DNA from: a virus
Strand: one strand, 5' to 3'
DNA: 64,000 nucleotides
Virus record (IMG/VR): IMGVR_UViG_3300009149_000014
Location: 1-64,000 of that record
Positions within the stretch are counted from its first letter, which is position 1. Every line of letters begins with the position of its first letter. A program made the position numbers and the translations under genes. The notes under the pieces are model-generated. The model searched no databases. It was given only the letters and a program-made list of their open reading frames with translations, and had not been told where the DNA came from. Below are positions 19,504 through 28,412 of this stretch, in pieces.

Positions 19504-20429
19504 ACATAATTCTTGGTTCTGGCTTAAATGCCTTTCTTGCCCGACACATTTTAGGTTCTGATTATAAAATTATCAGTGCCGGACCTAGCAGATTTTATGG
19601 AGTTAATCCGGCTTCAGCCGATAACTTCATCTTAGCAAGCCCGCTTCTGCGACCTCTAGAGAATCAACTAAAAGCTTTGAATATTGATACGACCAAGTAT
19701 AATTATAAATGTTGTTGGTCGGTGCAAGGTGAATTGGTCGATGGTTTTGACAAAGAACATTGTTCGTTCTGGCTTGCTAAAATCTTTGGATTTAAGACGC
19801 CTGCTCATTTAGAACTTGTTTATCGTCATCGTATGCAATTCGATGTTTATGGGACGAGAGTCAATCAACTTTATACTGCTCTTTATGATCGGTATTATCC
19901 GGAACTTCTCGCATCTCGTAACATTTCTAATATTGAATCGATCCGCCCTCACGAAATCCGCTTCAAAAATGGTGAGATTTTAGAATATGATCGATGTATT
20001 TCAACGATTCCATTGGATGATCTTTGTGGATTGTTGAATTATCAATTACCGCTTGATTCTGTCGATGTGAGTGTGGTGCTTGTAGAGACCACTCATTTGG
20101 ATTTCGAAGGTCGAAACCAGATGTTTATTGTAGATCCGCAAATCCAATTTTTCAAATCTGTTCAAGTCAAAGAAAATCAATATGTCTTTTTCTTTCTTGA
20201 TCGCATCGATAGTCCTGGTCTCTATTTGTCTCCCTATATTGCTGATTTTGATCTCATTTCTGGTTTCTATTACCCGAAATGTTTACCAGCTGGTGCAATT
20301 TGTGAAACCAATTGGTTACATCCTTATGGTATCATCCCATTAGGAATGGCAGCTCAATGGGACGCTGCTATGGATGTGTCCAGCTCTTTACACAGACTTT
20401 TGAAAATTGCGGAAGGTGAAATTGTATGA
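19500..20429 (+). CDS. FAD-dependent oxidoreductase-like protein (UDP-galactopyranose mutase/HemY-like fold, degenerate)
   Basis: N-terminal IILGSGLNA Rossmann motif, YDRCISTIPL, C-terminal GIIPLGMAAQW...MD. Confidence 0.55.
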   Translation: MNIILGSGLNAFLARHILGSDYKIISAGPSRFYGVNPASADNFILASPLLRPLENQLKALNIDTTKYNYKCCWSVQGELVDGFDKEHCSFWLAKIFGFKTPAHLELVYRHRMQFDVYGTRVNQLYTALYDRYYPELLASRNISNIESIRPHEIRFKNGEILEYDRCISTIPLDDLCGLLNYQLPLDSVDVSVVLVETTHLDFEGRNQMFIVDPQIQFFKSVQVKENQYVFFFLDRIDSPGLYLSPYIADFDLISGFYYPKCLPAGAICETNWLHPYGIIPLGMAAQWDAAMDVSSSLHRLLKIAEGEIV

Positions 20430-21142
20430 TTGCTTACATACCAGCTAGATTGGGATCAGTCCGTTTCCCACGTAAGGTACTCACCACAATCAACAATGAG
20501 TCTTTGATCAATATTGTTGTAAGGAATGCGGCTCGTTGTGATTATGTTAGCGAAGTCATTATTTTGACTGATAATCAAGAGATCGCGGATGAAGTCGCTA
20601 AAGTCGATTATACTAAAGTATCATGTGTGACTAATACTAGCGGTAAATGTGGTACTGATCGAGTCTTTAATTACCGCGAACGCTATAGCGAGTCTTCACC
20701 TTTTGTGGTGATTCAAGCTGATTGTCCAGATCTAACTTCGCTTCATCTAAATCATTTCTTGGCATCTATAATATGTGATCCGGCTGAAATGATTCACACA
20801 TTAGTTTGTCCTATGGGTAGTCTTCAAGCCCAGTGTGCTCAAAACGTCAAAGCTGTTTTCGATCATACTAAAAGAGTATTGTATTTTAGTCGTTTACCGA
20901 TTCCTTTTACCGGGCCTTATCATAAGCATATTGGGGTTTATGTTTTTACTAAGCCTGTGATTGATCGGTATATGCATTTGATTACCAAGAGCGTTGATCA
21001 CATGGCTAAGGCTGAAGATCTTGAGCAGCTTAATTGGATGATGCAGGGTGTCGACATGAAGGTGACTGTCCTTGATTCATATCTTCGAAGTATCGACACC
21101 CCTGCAGATTACATGCAATTTTCGTCAGCTACTAAGTTGTAA
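20426..21142 (+). CDS. kdsB: CMP-Kdo synthetase-like cytidylyltransferase
   Basis: IPARLGSVRFPRK, GTDR, QAD.P, LYFSRLPIP, HIGVY, EDLEQL, IDTPAD. Confidence 0.85.
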   Translation: MIAYIPARLGSVRFPRKVLTTINNESLINIVVRNAARCDYVSEVIILTDNQEIADEVAKVDYTKVSCVTNTSGKCGTDRVFNYRERYSESSPFVVIQADCPDLTSLHLNHFLASIICDPAEMIHTLVCPMGSLQAQCAQNVKAVFDHTKRVLYFSRLPIPFTGPYHKHIGVYVFTKPVIDRYMHLITKSVDHMAKAEDLEQLNWMMQGVDMKVTVLDSYLRSIDTPADYMQFSSATKL

Positions 21143-21527
21143 TTTCGGCTTTGACGATCATGTATTTGTCTTTGGTCGTTTTGAGTTCATACCCGACCAA
21201 GTTGCTTGCCACCATAGCCTTGAGCTTTAAGGTTACCCCGGATGAGCTTTTTGCTGCTCCGATCTTGATCATTGTGGCTAATACTTCTTCTTTTGTGAGA
21301 CCGACCTCACCTTGTGCATGTAGGTGAGTAAATAGATTGTCGATTTCCTGAGTCTTTTGACGTGTTTTTTCCTGCAGTGAGTTTTTGGCCTTATCGACCA
21401 ATTTTTTCTCATGAATTACTTGTTCGATTCGCTGTTTGGTTTCTGCAGACTGTTTACCAAGATGTCTCTTGATGTATTCTTCAGGAGGCGTGGCCAAATC
21501 GATTTTTACAATTATCGCGTCTGACAT
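21132..21527 (-). CDS. hypothetical protein
   Basis: 131 aa ORF filling the gap between two + strand genes. Confidence 0.6.
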   Translation of the reverse strand: MSDAIIVKIDLATPPEEYIKRHLGKQSAETKQRIEQVIHEKKLVDKAKNSLQEKTRQKTQEIDNLFTHLHAQGEVGLTKEEVLATMIKIGAAKSSSGVTLKLKAMVASNLVGYELKTTKDKYMIVKAEITT

Positions 21528-21538
21528 GGTGTACCATT

Positions 21539-22288
21539 ATGGCTAAAAAGTGTTTGTTCAGTAAAACAACCGAAAATGTGAATACTTCGGTTATTGTTAA
21601 TTGTGGTCTTGGTCCGGTGACTGTCCATGTCAGCGATAATGAGTTGACTAGAACATTGGTGGAAGTGACGCAGGCTGTTGAAACTTTGGTCGAACAAGCT
21701 CAAAGCTTGGCTGAGACATTTGGTTTTGACTTAGAAGAAGCGATTACTAAGGGTGGGATGATGTCGTTGGGGGCTCCGACCCCTGTTGCGTCTACACCTG
21801 TTCCTGTGGTTTCCCGTCCTTCCGGTGGTGTTCCGCAAATGACGATGCAGCCAATACCCAGCAAAACCCCAGAATTTCAGGAAAGCGAAGAGGAAGCCTC
21901 GGGAGTGGCTTCCATCGCCACACCCTCTGCTTCGAATGCCCGTCCTATTCAAGAATCTGTGGCAGTGGCTCCGGGGGAGAAGCTTGAAAAGAAATCATTG
22001 ATTCAAACTCCGCATGGTCGCCAATTGGTTCTTCCGGAAAGAATTATCGATGAGACGGGTGAAACTACCGTTGTTATCGATACCGAAAGTGAGAAGAATT
22101 TCAATCAGCAGTGGGAAAGACAGAAGGCCGATAAGTCTGGTGGACCTTCTTACAAGGATTCTTATGGAGTTGAATTTCGTCCGTGTAAGCTTTGTGTTGA
22201 TCCGAAGACTAAGACACCTACTGGGCGGGTTAATGGTCAACCCTGCCCGAAGTGTAAAGGTGCCGCTGAAGTGATGGTTAGACGTTAA
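21539..22288 (+). CDS. hypothetical protein with DnaJ-like Cys finger
   Basis: C-terminal CKLC...G...CPKCKG; Pro-rich linker. Confidence 0.6.
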   Translation: MAKKCLFSKTTENVNTSVIVNCGLGPVTVHVSDNELTRTLVEVTQAVETLVEQAQSLAETFGFDLEEAITKGGMMSLGAPTPVASTPVPVVSRPSGGVPQMTMQPIPSKTPEFQESEEEASGVASIATPSASNARPIQESVAVAPGEKLEKKSLIQTPHGRQLVLPERIIDETGETTVVIDTESEKNFNQQWERQKADKSGGPSYKDSYGVEFRPCKLCVDPKTKTPTGRVNGQPCPKCKGAAEVMVRR

Positions 22289-23178
22289 TAGTCTTCACGC
22301 ATCGATCGGCGTTTATGATCGTAGTAGTCTTGTTCGTCTGATTGATGTTTTTCGTAGAGATATTCACCAATTTCTTCGTCAAAGTGGCCACTTTCGATTT
22401 TGTCTGCTAGATCTCTTCTGACGAATTCCTGAATTTCCGGAGTAATTGTTACTCCGTCTGATTCGATGTTCGTTATCTTGAAATCTTGCATTTCTATTTC
22501 ACCACCTTCTTCTGGTGAGTCATAAGTAGCTCTGACGAGTTCGTAAGCTACAAATGTTAGCCGTGCTTCGACATAGATATCACCTTGTGGTAATTCTATA
22601 TCGTATCTTACATCGTAGGTGCCTTTGTGTCCACGACCCTCTTGGACCACCGATTCCATTACTGGCGGTTGTCTTTTTGGTGTGCCACCGCGATTAATTG
22701 GTAAATCGCTTTCTAGGTTGGCTTTTGGTTGTTTTAATTCGTTTTTGGTGATTAATTCGCCGTTGTCAGGCTGTTCTGGTTTGCTGACTTCTTCGATTTC
22801 ATCCCATTTTGGGTGAATTCCGCCATCTTTTTCTTGCTTTGAACCGAATTCTTTGAACACTTTGTCTAAGACAGAATCTACTGCATCGAGGGCGTCTTCG
22901 ATTTCTGGTTTGGCCATTCCACGTGCAGTCATCTCTTTCTTAAAAGTAGTAGAGAAGGCCGGGTCATCAAGGTACATGTTGTGATGGGTTTTAGTGAAAG
23001 CTGTTACGATTGCGTCGTGGTGAGGGAATTTTGCGGCTTTCAGACGGTACGCATCTTCTATATAACTACGAATGTGCTCAGACCCAAGGGCTAGGCGTTG
23101 CTCATCCTTCCTATCATGTGTATCGAGCCCTAGATAAGAACGAATTTCTTCAACAATTGATCGGTCTTGGCTGTTCAT
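22285..23178 (-). CDS. hypothetical acidic protein
   Basis: 297 aa ORF; its stop overlaps the neighbouring stop in TTAA. Confidence 0.6.
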   Translation of the reverse strand: MNSQDRSIVEEIRSYLGLDTHDRKDEQRLALGSEHIRSYIEDAYRLKAAKFPHHDAIVTAFTKTHHNMYLDDPAFSTTFKKEMTARGMAKPEIEDALDAVDSVLDKVFKEFGSKQEKDGGIHPKWDEIEEVSKPEQPDNGELITKNELKQPKANLESDLPINRGGTPKRQPPVMESVVQEGRGHKGTYDVRYDIELPQGDIYVEARLTFVAYELVRATYDSPEEGGEIEMQDFKITNIESDGVTITPEIQEFVRRDLADKIESGHFDEEIGEYLYEKHQSDEQDYYDHKRRSMREDY

Positions 23179-23219
23179 GTTATGGTTTCCAATACTTTTG
23201 GTGCAAGATTATTTTTGAA

Positions 23220-23471
23220 ATGAAGAATATCCGTGCTTTCGACATTGTAATAATAACCAATCCCGCTGGTGTTCTTGGCCAAAAGGGAGGTTTCGACTCT
23301 AGTGGTAGATGGTCTGTAGTATCTAGCCACGACGAGTTTATTGTTTTATCACGTGGAGCACGTATCCTACGTGTTAAACCTGATGCTGTTGAAGTTTTTG
23401 GCCATTTCACTATGGATGTGAAAATGGATACCGGTATTGACTCTGATATAGGGGATGAAGTTGGTGGCTAA
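23220..23471 (+). CDS. hypothetical small protein
   Basis: ATG 23220 (MKNIRAF) avoids overlap with the - strand gene and abuts recA. Confidence 0.5.
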   Translation: MKNIRAFDIVIITNPAGVLGQKGGFDSSGRWSVVSSHDEFIVLSRGARILRVKPDAVEVFGHFTMDVKMDTGIDSDIGDEVGG

Positions 23472-25677
23472 AACTAAATCGAGTAATTTAGCAATTGAAG
23501 ATTTGTCTGATCTCAAAAACCATTTTGAGAAGAAGTATGGCGAAGGAACTGTCCGATTTGCGGGCGATAAGGCGATCGTCGAAGTCGATGTTGTTCCAAC
23601 CGGTGTGATTAGCATCGATGAAGCAATTGGGTGTAAAGGAATTCCCCGTGGTCGAATCATTGAAATTTATGGCCCTGAATCAAGTGGTAAGACGACCACA
23701 TGTCTCAAAATCGGAGCCGCATTCCAAAACACAATGTTCGATATTAAGGACGATAAAGGGGTTGTGATCGGTCAACGTAAAGGCCGAGTAGCTTTTGTTG
23801 ATGTTGAACATGCTTTTGATCCTAAATGGGCACAAGCTATCGGACTTGATGTCAATGAATTGATCTTCGCTCAACCCGACTATGGCGAACAAGCTTATGA
23901 TATTGTCGAAATGATCGCGAAATCTGGGAAAGTAGAATTGATCATTCTCGACTCTGTTGCTGCAATGGCTCCGAAAGCTGAAATCGAAGGAACGCTAGAA
24001 GATAGTAATGCCATTGGAGCCCAAGCTCGAATGAATAGTCAGGCATTCCGAAAGTTGAAGGGGATTGTATCTGACAATAATTGTACATTGATGTGCGTGA
24101 ATCAAATTCGTGAGAAAATTGGAGTTATGTTCGGGTGCTTGCATGCGGATACACTTATTCCGTTCGTTGATGGTCGGATCTTGCCTATCAGACAAGTTTG
24201 TGATGAAAAAGTCGAAGGCGAAGTTTGGTCTTTTAACGAAAAGACAAAAGAGTTCGAACCAAAGAAAATCACTGATTGGCATTACAATGGTGATGTTGAA
24301 TCTCCAGACGATTACTTGCATGTTTCATTACGTGGGCCAGGCACTAAAAATGGTTCCATGCAGATTACCGTGACGCCCAATCATGAAGTGTTGCATCGTG
24401 GCGAATTTGTGCGAATGGATACGTTGGATGTTGGCGATAAACTAACAACGAAACAAGAATGTTTTGTGGTTAATGATTCCACTGGGAAATTAAATGGTTC
24501 TCTTGGTCAATTTTTGTCTGGTGTTTTGTCTGGTGATTCCCATATCTCCAAAAACCCAAAAAGATTAGGAGCTTCTTTAAAAATCAGGGATAATATCGAT
24601 ACTGACTACATGAAATGGAAATCGGAAAAAATCAATGAGTTTTTGCAAATGACTCAATACAAATGTTCATCTGGTAGTTTTTTCTCTTCTGATGTATTTC
24701 AAGAATTCGCAAAGTTGAAAGATTTATATCCAAATCGTGACCCGATGCTTTTATTAAATGATTTTTCGTGGCTTGGATTTGCAATTTGGATTATGGATGA
24801 TGCCGTCTATGAAAGAGGGCGTTATCAATTATCCATAAAGAGATTCCGTGGAAATTTTGATAAACTCGACGAAATTAGTAATGCGTTGGATGAATTTGGA
24901 TTATATCACCATATGTCGAAAGGTGGTAAGGTCACATTTGATGCGTCTGTCTCAGAACATATCGCAGGGAATATTTGTGTTTTTGTTCCAGTTTGTATGG
25001 ATAGGAAGCTACCAGTTCACAAACGCGGACAGTATTCTGAATTTGAATTACTTCGAGACACAGAATTCACAACCGCTGATGTTGAAATAACCGGAATCAG
25101 ATATGCTAGTATGAGACAGATGAAACAAAAAGGCAAATATGACATTTCTGTGGAAGACAATTATAATTACATGGCTGGCGGGAATCCTCTAGGTGTCATT
25201 GTTCATAACTCGCCTGAAACAACTCCAGGTGGTCGTGCTCTGAAATTCTATGCTTCTGTTCGCATGGACATTCGTCGCACAGGTTCATTCAAGGTCGGTG
25301 ATACCATTGTTGGTAATGAAACCAAAGTGACATTCAAGAAGAATAAAGTCGCTCCGCCTTTTACTGTGGCTCATTACAACATCACTTTTGGCCTTCCAGA
25401 ATATCCAATTTCTGGTGTTGATCCTTATTCCAGTCTCATCGAATCTGCTAAAGCCAAGAAGATTGTTACGACGGCTGGTAGTCACTTGAAATATGGTGAC
25501 ATATCATTGGGCAATGGGCTGGCTGCTTCGGCTGCTACATTGTCCGTAGACCCAAATTTATTCCAGCAACTTTATCGTCATGTGGTTACTGGATCAGCAC
25601 AATGCCATACACAGCTCCCCTCTACGAACGAGGTAACACCGTCTACCTCCGAGAATCTGCCGCAGTCGGATTCCTAG
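23455..25677 (+). CDS. recA: RecA recombinase, intein-containing
   Basis: GPESSGKTT, DVEHAFD, ILDSVAA, NQIREKIGVMFG/SPETTPGGRALKFYAS, KNKVAPPF. Confidence 0.96.
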   Translation: MKLVAKTKSSNLAIEDLSDLKNHFEKKYGEGTVRFAGDKAIVEVDVVPTGVISIDEAIGCKGIPRGRIIEIYGPESSGKTTTCLKIGAAFQNTMFDIKDDKGVVIGQRKGRVAFVDVEHAFDPKWAQAIGLDVNELIFAQPDYGEQAYDIVEMIAKSGKVELIILDSVAAMAPKAEIEGTLEDSNAIGAQARMNSQAFRKLKGIVSDNNCTLMCVNQIREKIGVMFGCLHADTLIPFVDGRILPIRQVCDEKVEGEVWSFNEKTKEFEPKKITDWHYNGDVESPDDYLHVSLRGPGTKNGSMQITVTPNHEVLHRGEFVRMDTLDVGDKLTTKQECFVVNDSTGKLNGSLGQFLSGVLSGDSHISKNPKRLGASLKIRDNIDTDYMKWKSEKINEFLQMTQYKCSSGSFFSSDVFQEFAKLKDLYPNRDPMLLLNDFSWLGFAIWIMDDAVYERGRYQLSIKRFRGNFDKLDEISNALDEFGLYHHMSKGGKVTFDASVSEHIAGNICVFVPVCMDRKLPVHKRGQYSEFELLRDTEFTTADVEITGIRYASMRQMKQKGKYDISVEDNYNYMAGGNPLGVIVHNSPETTPGGRALKFYASVRMDIRRTGSFKVGDTIVGNETKVTFKKNKVAPPFTVAHYNITFGLPEYPISGVDPYSSLIESAKAKKIVTTAGSHLKYGDISLGNGLAASAATLSVDPNLFQQLYRHVVTGSAQCHTQLPSTNEVTPSTSENLPQSDS
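24136..25209 (+). mobile_element. intein (358 aa) with degenerate LAGLIDADG endonuclease in RecA loop L2
   Basis: Begins CLHADT after GVMFG; TPNH; GVLSGDS and WIMDDA; ends VIVHN before +1 Ser. Same GVMFG/SPETT context as the M. leprae-type RecA intein. Confidence 0.93.
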
Positions 25678-26012
25678 AGGCCCACACCATTCATGGTGTG
25701 AGCCGAGGAAGAGATGGTTGGGTCTATACAATTCTGACTAGGCCCAACCTCCCTGTCCATGCTCCCCATTACGGCGAGTGTCGCAGCTTAGTGAATGGGG
25801 CTATAATTACTTTCGAAGAATGCGAATTCATCGATTTATGCCAAGCCTTGACTTTAGCCGAGGCTTATCATTTAAACCAGCTTAATGTTATACAGACCCG
25901 ATTGGCGTCGTATTGTGGAACCGTTGGTACAACGGGTACCATTCCGCCTGGTACATCAGGAACATCAGGAACATCAGGAACATCAGGAACATCAGGAACA
26001 TCAGGACCATAA
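25602..26012 (+). CDS. hypothetical protein with (GTS)n tail
   Basis: 136 aa ORF overlapping the recA end; terminal GTSGTSGTS. Confidence 0.6.
   Translation: MPYTAPLYERGNTVYLRESAAVGFLEAHTIHGVSRGRDGWVYTILTRPNLPVHAPHYGECRSLVNGAIITFEECEFIDLCQALTLAEAYHLNQLNVIQTRLASYCGTVGTTGTIPPGTSGTSGTSGTSGTSGTSGP
25953..26006 (+). repeat. perfect tandem repeat ACATCAGGA x6
   Basis: Read directly; encodes (TSG)6. Confidence 0.95.
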
Positions 26013-26015
26013 ACA

Positions 26016-27356
26016 ATGTACGAAGATACTTCTAAATTCCTTACGGAGTCTCAACCAACCGAAAGCGAATTTGGGAAGTACGTTGAAAAGTCTCTGATCC
26101 CACTCGCTTTAGACCATCCTGATTTATTCTTATCAATCGGTCGATTTTTAACACCAGACTTGTTCGAAGCTCCCGAAGCCAAGTATATTATTGCTATTAT
26201 CCTGAATCATTTGGAGAAGCACCAGGTTGTACCAACTCGTGGTTTGCTCCGCGATTTTGTACTTCAACACCTCACACAAGACGATCCATACGAACCTGTT
26301 CTTGAACTGGTCGACGCGAAATCCAATCCTCGTGATGTTCCGATTCTTCGGGATAAAATGGTCGAATGGGCTAGGAAACGTGCATTTGGTTTGATCTATT
26401 CCGATGAGGCGATGCTCGCTTATCAGAATAATGATTTTGATGCAATTGAGAAGATTATCCAGGAAGCTCATAGGATCACTGATTTGCAGGTTCAGGGCCT
26501 GTGGCTTCTTGATAATTACGAAATTCTTTTTAATCCGTCCGTGCTTGAACATCGTACCACTGGATTTCCGCGTCTTGACGGATTTCTCAATGAAGGCGGT
26601 CCGGGGCCGAAAGAGGTGTTATGTTGGCTCGCTCCAACTAATGTTGGTAAGTCTATTGTTCTTTGCAACAATGCGATCACTTCTTGGCAAGGTCCTGGAT
26701 CTGGTGGTCGAATCGGCCAGGATGTGTTACTTGTCACATTCGAGCTTGATTATATTAAGACAGCTATGCGTTGTATGGGTGTGATGGGCGAGAATATCCC
26801 GATGGATAAGCTTATTAGTCGCCAAGATGAAGTGTCTTCAAAGATTGATTTTATGAAGACCACGTATGATGGTCGTATCTTCATTTCGGAATTGCCTCCT
26901 GAAGAATGTAGTGTCGACCATTTATATCATTTATTAGACAATCTTCGTCGTTCTCACGGTTGGCATCCTGATGTTGTTATTTTGGACTACCTCGATCTTA
27001 TGGTTAGTCGTAACAAATATGCCAATCGGGATGATTATAGTCGTCAAAAGGCTGTGGCGAATGAAGTACGTGGTTTTGCTAAAAATGAGAACGTCTTGGT
27101 GTTCACTGCGACTCAAACGAATCGCTCAGCTGGTAATGATGGTCATGAGATTGGCTTAAAGGATACTGCGGAATCTTATGCCAAACAATTCTCGATGGAT
27201 TATATCATTTCTATCAATCAAACTGCTGAAGAACGCGAAGCTAGTCCACCTCGTTTCCGATTCGTTATCGCAAAGAATCGAAACGGCCCTAAAGGCAAAA
27301 CAATAACTTGCGAAGTCAATTACAATACTATGAAGGTGCGAGAGGTTAACACGTAA
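26016..27356 (+). CDS. replicative helicase, DnaB/gp41-like
   Basis: APTNVGKS, TFEL, ILDYLD, ATQTNR, AKNRNG. Confidence 0.9.
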   Translation: MYEDTSKFLTESQPTESEFGKYVEKSLIPLALDHPDLFLSIGRFLTPDLFEAPEAKYIIAIILNHLEKHQVVPTRGLLRDFVLQHLTQDDPYEPVLELVDAKSNPRDVPILRDKMVEWARKRAFGLIYSDEAMLAYQNNDFDAIEKIIQEAHRITDLQVQGLWLLDNYEILFNPSVLEHRTTGFPRLDGFLNEGGPGPKEVLCWLAPTNVGKSIVLCNNAITSWQGPGSGGRIGQDVLLVTFELDYIKTAMRCMGVMGENIPMDKLISRQDEVSSKIDFMKTTYDGRIFISELPPEECSVDHLYHLLDNLRRSHGWHPDVVILDYLDLMVSRNKYANRDDYSRQKAVANEVRGFAKNENVLVFTATQTNRSAGNDGHEIGLKDTAESYAKQFSMDYIISINQTAEEREASPPRFRFVIAKNRNGPKGKTITCEVNYNTMKVREVNT

Positions 27357-27357
27357 C

Positions 27358-27543
27358 ATGAAACTGAAAATCGAAATTGAGATCGAAGCGTCTGAGACGA
27401 TCATCGAAACAATCAAAAGAGGTCCTTTCGTTGTAGATAATGACGGATCAGGGCACAAGATCAAAGTCGGAGACAATATTGTAGTTCCGAATCGCAAGTG
27501 CAAGATTAAATACTATAGTCCATCACCCGTCAAAAAGGAATAA
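27358..27543 (+). CDS. hypothetical small protein
   Basis: 61 aa ORF filling a gap. Confidence 0.5.
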   Translation: MKLKIEIEIEASETIIETIKRGPFVVDNDGSGHKIKVGDNIVVPNRKCKIKYYSPSPVKKE

Positions 27544-27548
27544 TCTTA

Positions 27549-27974
27549 ATGGCAATGCCCAAGTCTCAAGCTCTTGAAGATCATGAGAGCAAGAACGCTG
27601 GAAATCCTAGTTCTGATGCTCGTGCTTCTCTTGAGAAGTCAAATCTTGTGTCGGAACCAGTTGCTGATTGTACAGTTCTACCAGAAGTCAGCGTCTTCAA
27701 TGATTATGTTGCTGTCTTGTTGACACCACGTGTTTCATCAATTGCTCTTCCGGGCAACAGCGAATGGTCCAATGTTGGAGTGATCGTTGGTGTTGGACCG
27801 AAATGCGAGAACAATTTTGTTCTTGGTCAGAACGTTGTTATCAACCCGAAGGGTGGTGCAATTGTGATGGTCGAAGAACAAGGTTCAGCATACGAGGGTA
27901 AAGTTGTCAATCTTTACCAAGAACGTAATGTTTTTTATGTCGCCAAAACTGGACCTTCAGTTAAAGTCCAGTAA
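27549..27974 (+). CDS. GroES-like co-chaperonin
   Basis: VFNDYVAV, mobile-loop-like SIALPG, GVIVGVGP, GQNVV, YQERNVF. Confidence 0.65.
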   Translation: MAMPKSQALEDHESKNAGNPSSDARASLEKSNLVSEPVADCTVLPEVSVFNDYVAVLLTPRVSSIALPGNSEWSNVGVIVGVGPKCENNFVLGQNVVINPKGGAIVMVEEQGSAYEGKVVNLYQERNVFYVAKTGPSVKVQ

Positions 27975-27995
27975 ATCTTTTGGATCGAAATCGCT

Positions 27996-28412
27996 ATGCC
28001 AGTTTACATCTACCAGTGCAATGATTGTGCCTCGAAATACACTGAGGAACAATTGCATGAAATGAATGAAGATGAAGTCGCTGAGTCGATTTTATTTGAG
28101 ACTTATCATGGTATGGAGCCATCGGTAGATGAACTGGCAAAAGCTGTTATTTGTCCACGTTGTCAAGGGACGGAATGTACTAAATCATTCTTAGGTGTGA
28201 ATATTCGTGGTTATCTTCGTGGTTACGGTTGGAAAGATAAAGCTGGTGCTAAACGAGACATGCACGTTTATCATTTAGATAATCAAGATCCGTATTCTAA
28301 ACACAGAGTGCCCGGTGAAACAGACCACATTCGTCGTCAATTGAAAGACGGCGGAAAGCACCAAGCTAATTCCAAGATCTTTATAGCACCAAAATCGCCG
28401 GATGACAAATGA
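27996..28412 (+). CDS. FmdB-like zinc-ribbon protein
   Basis: MPVYIYQCNDC...CPRC. Confidence 0.7.
   Translation: MPVYIYQCNDCASKYTEEQLHEMNEDEVAESILFETYHGMEPSVDELAKAVICPRCQGTECTKSFLGVNIRGYLRGYGWKDKAGAKRDMHVYHLDNQDPYSKHRVPGETDHIRRQLKDGGKHQANSKIFIAPKSPDDK

Noticed and set aside
25953-26006. CRISPR array
   Set aside because: Spacerless 9-nt coding repeat; no repeat-spacer array or cas gene seen anywhere in the window.
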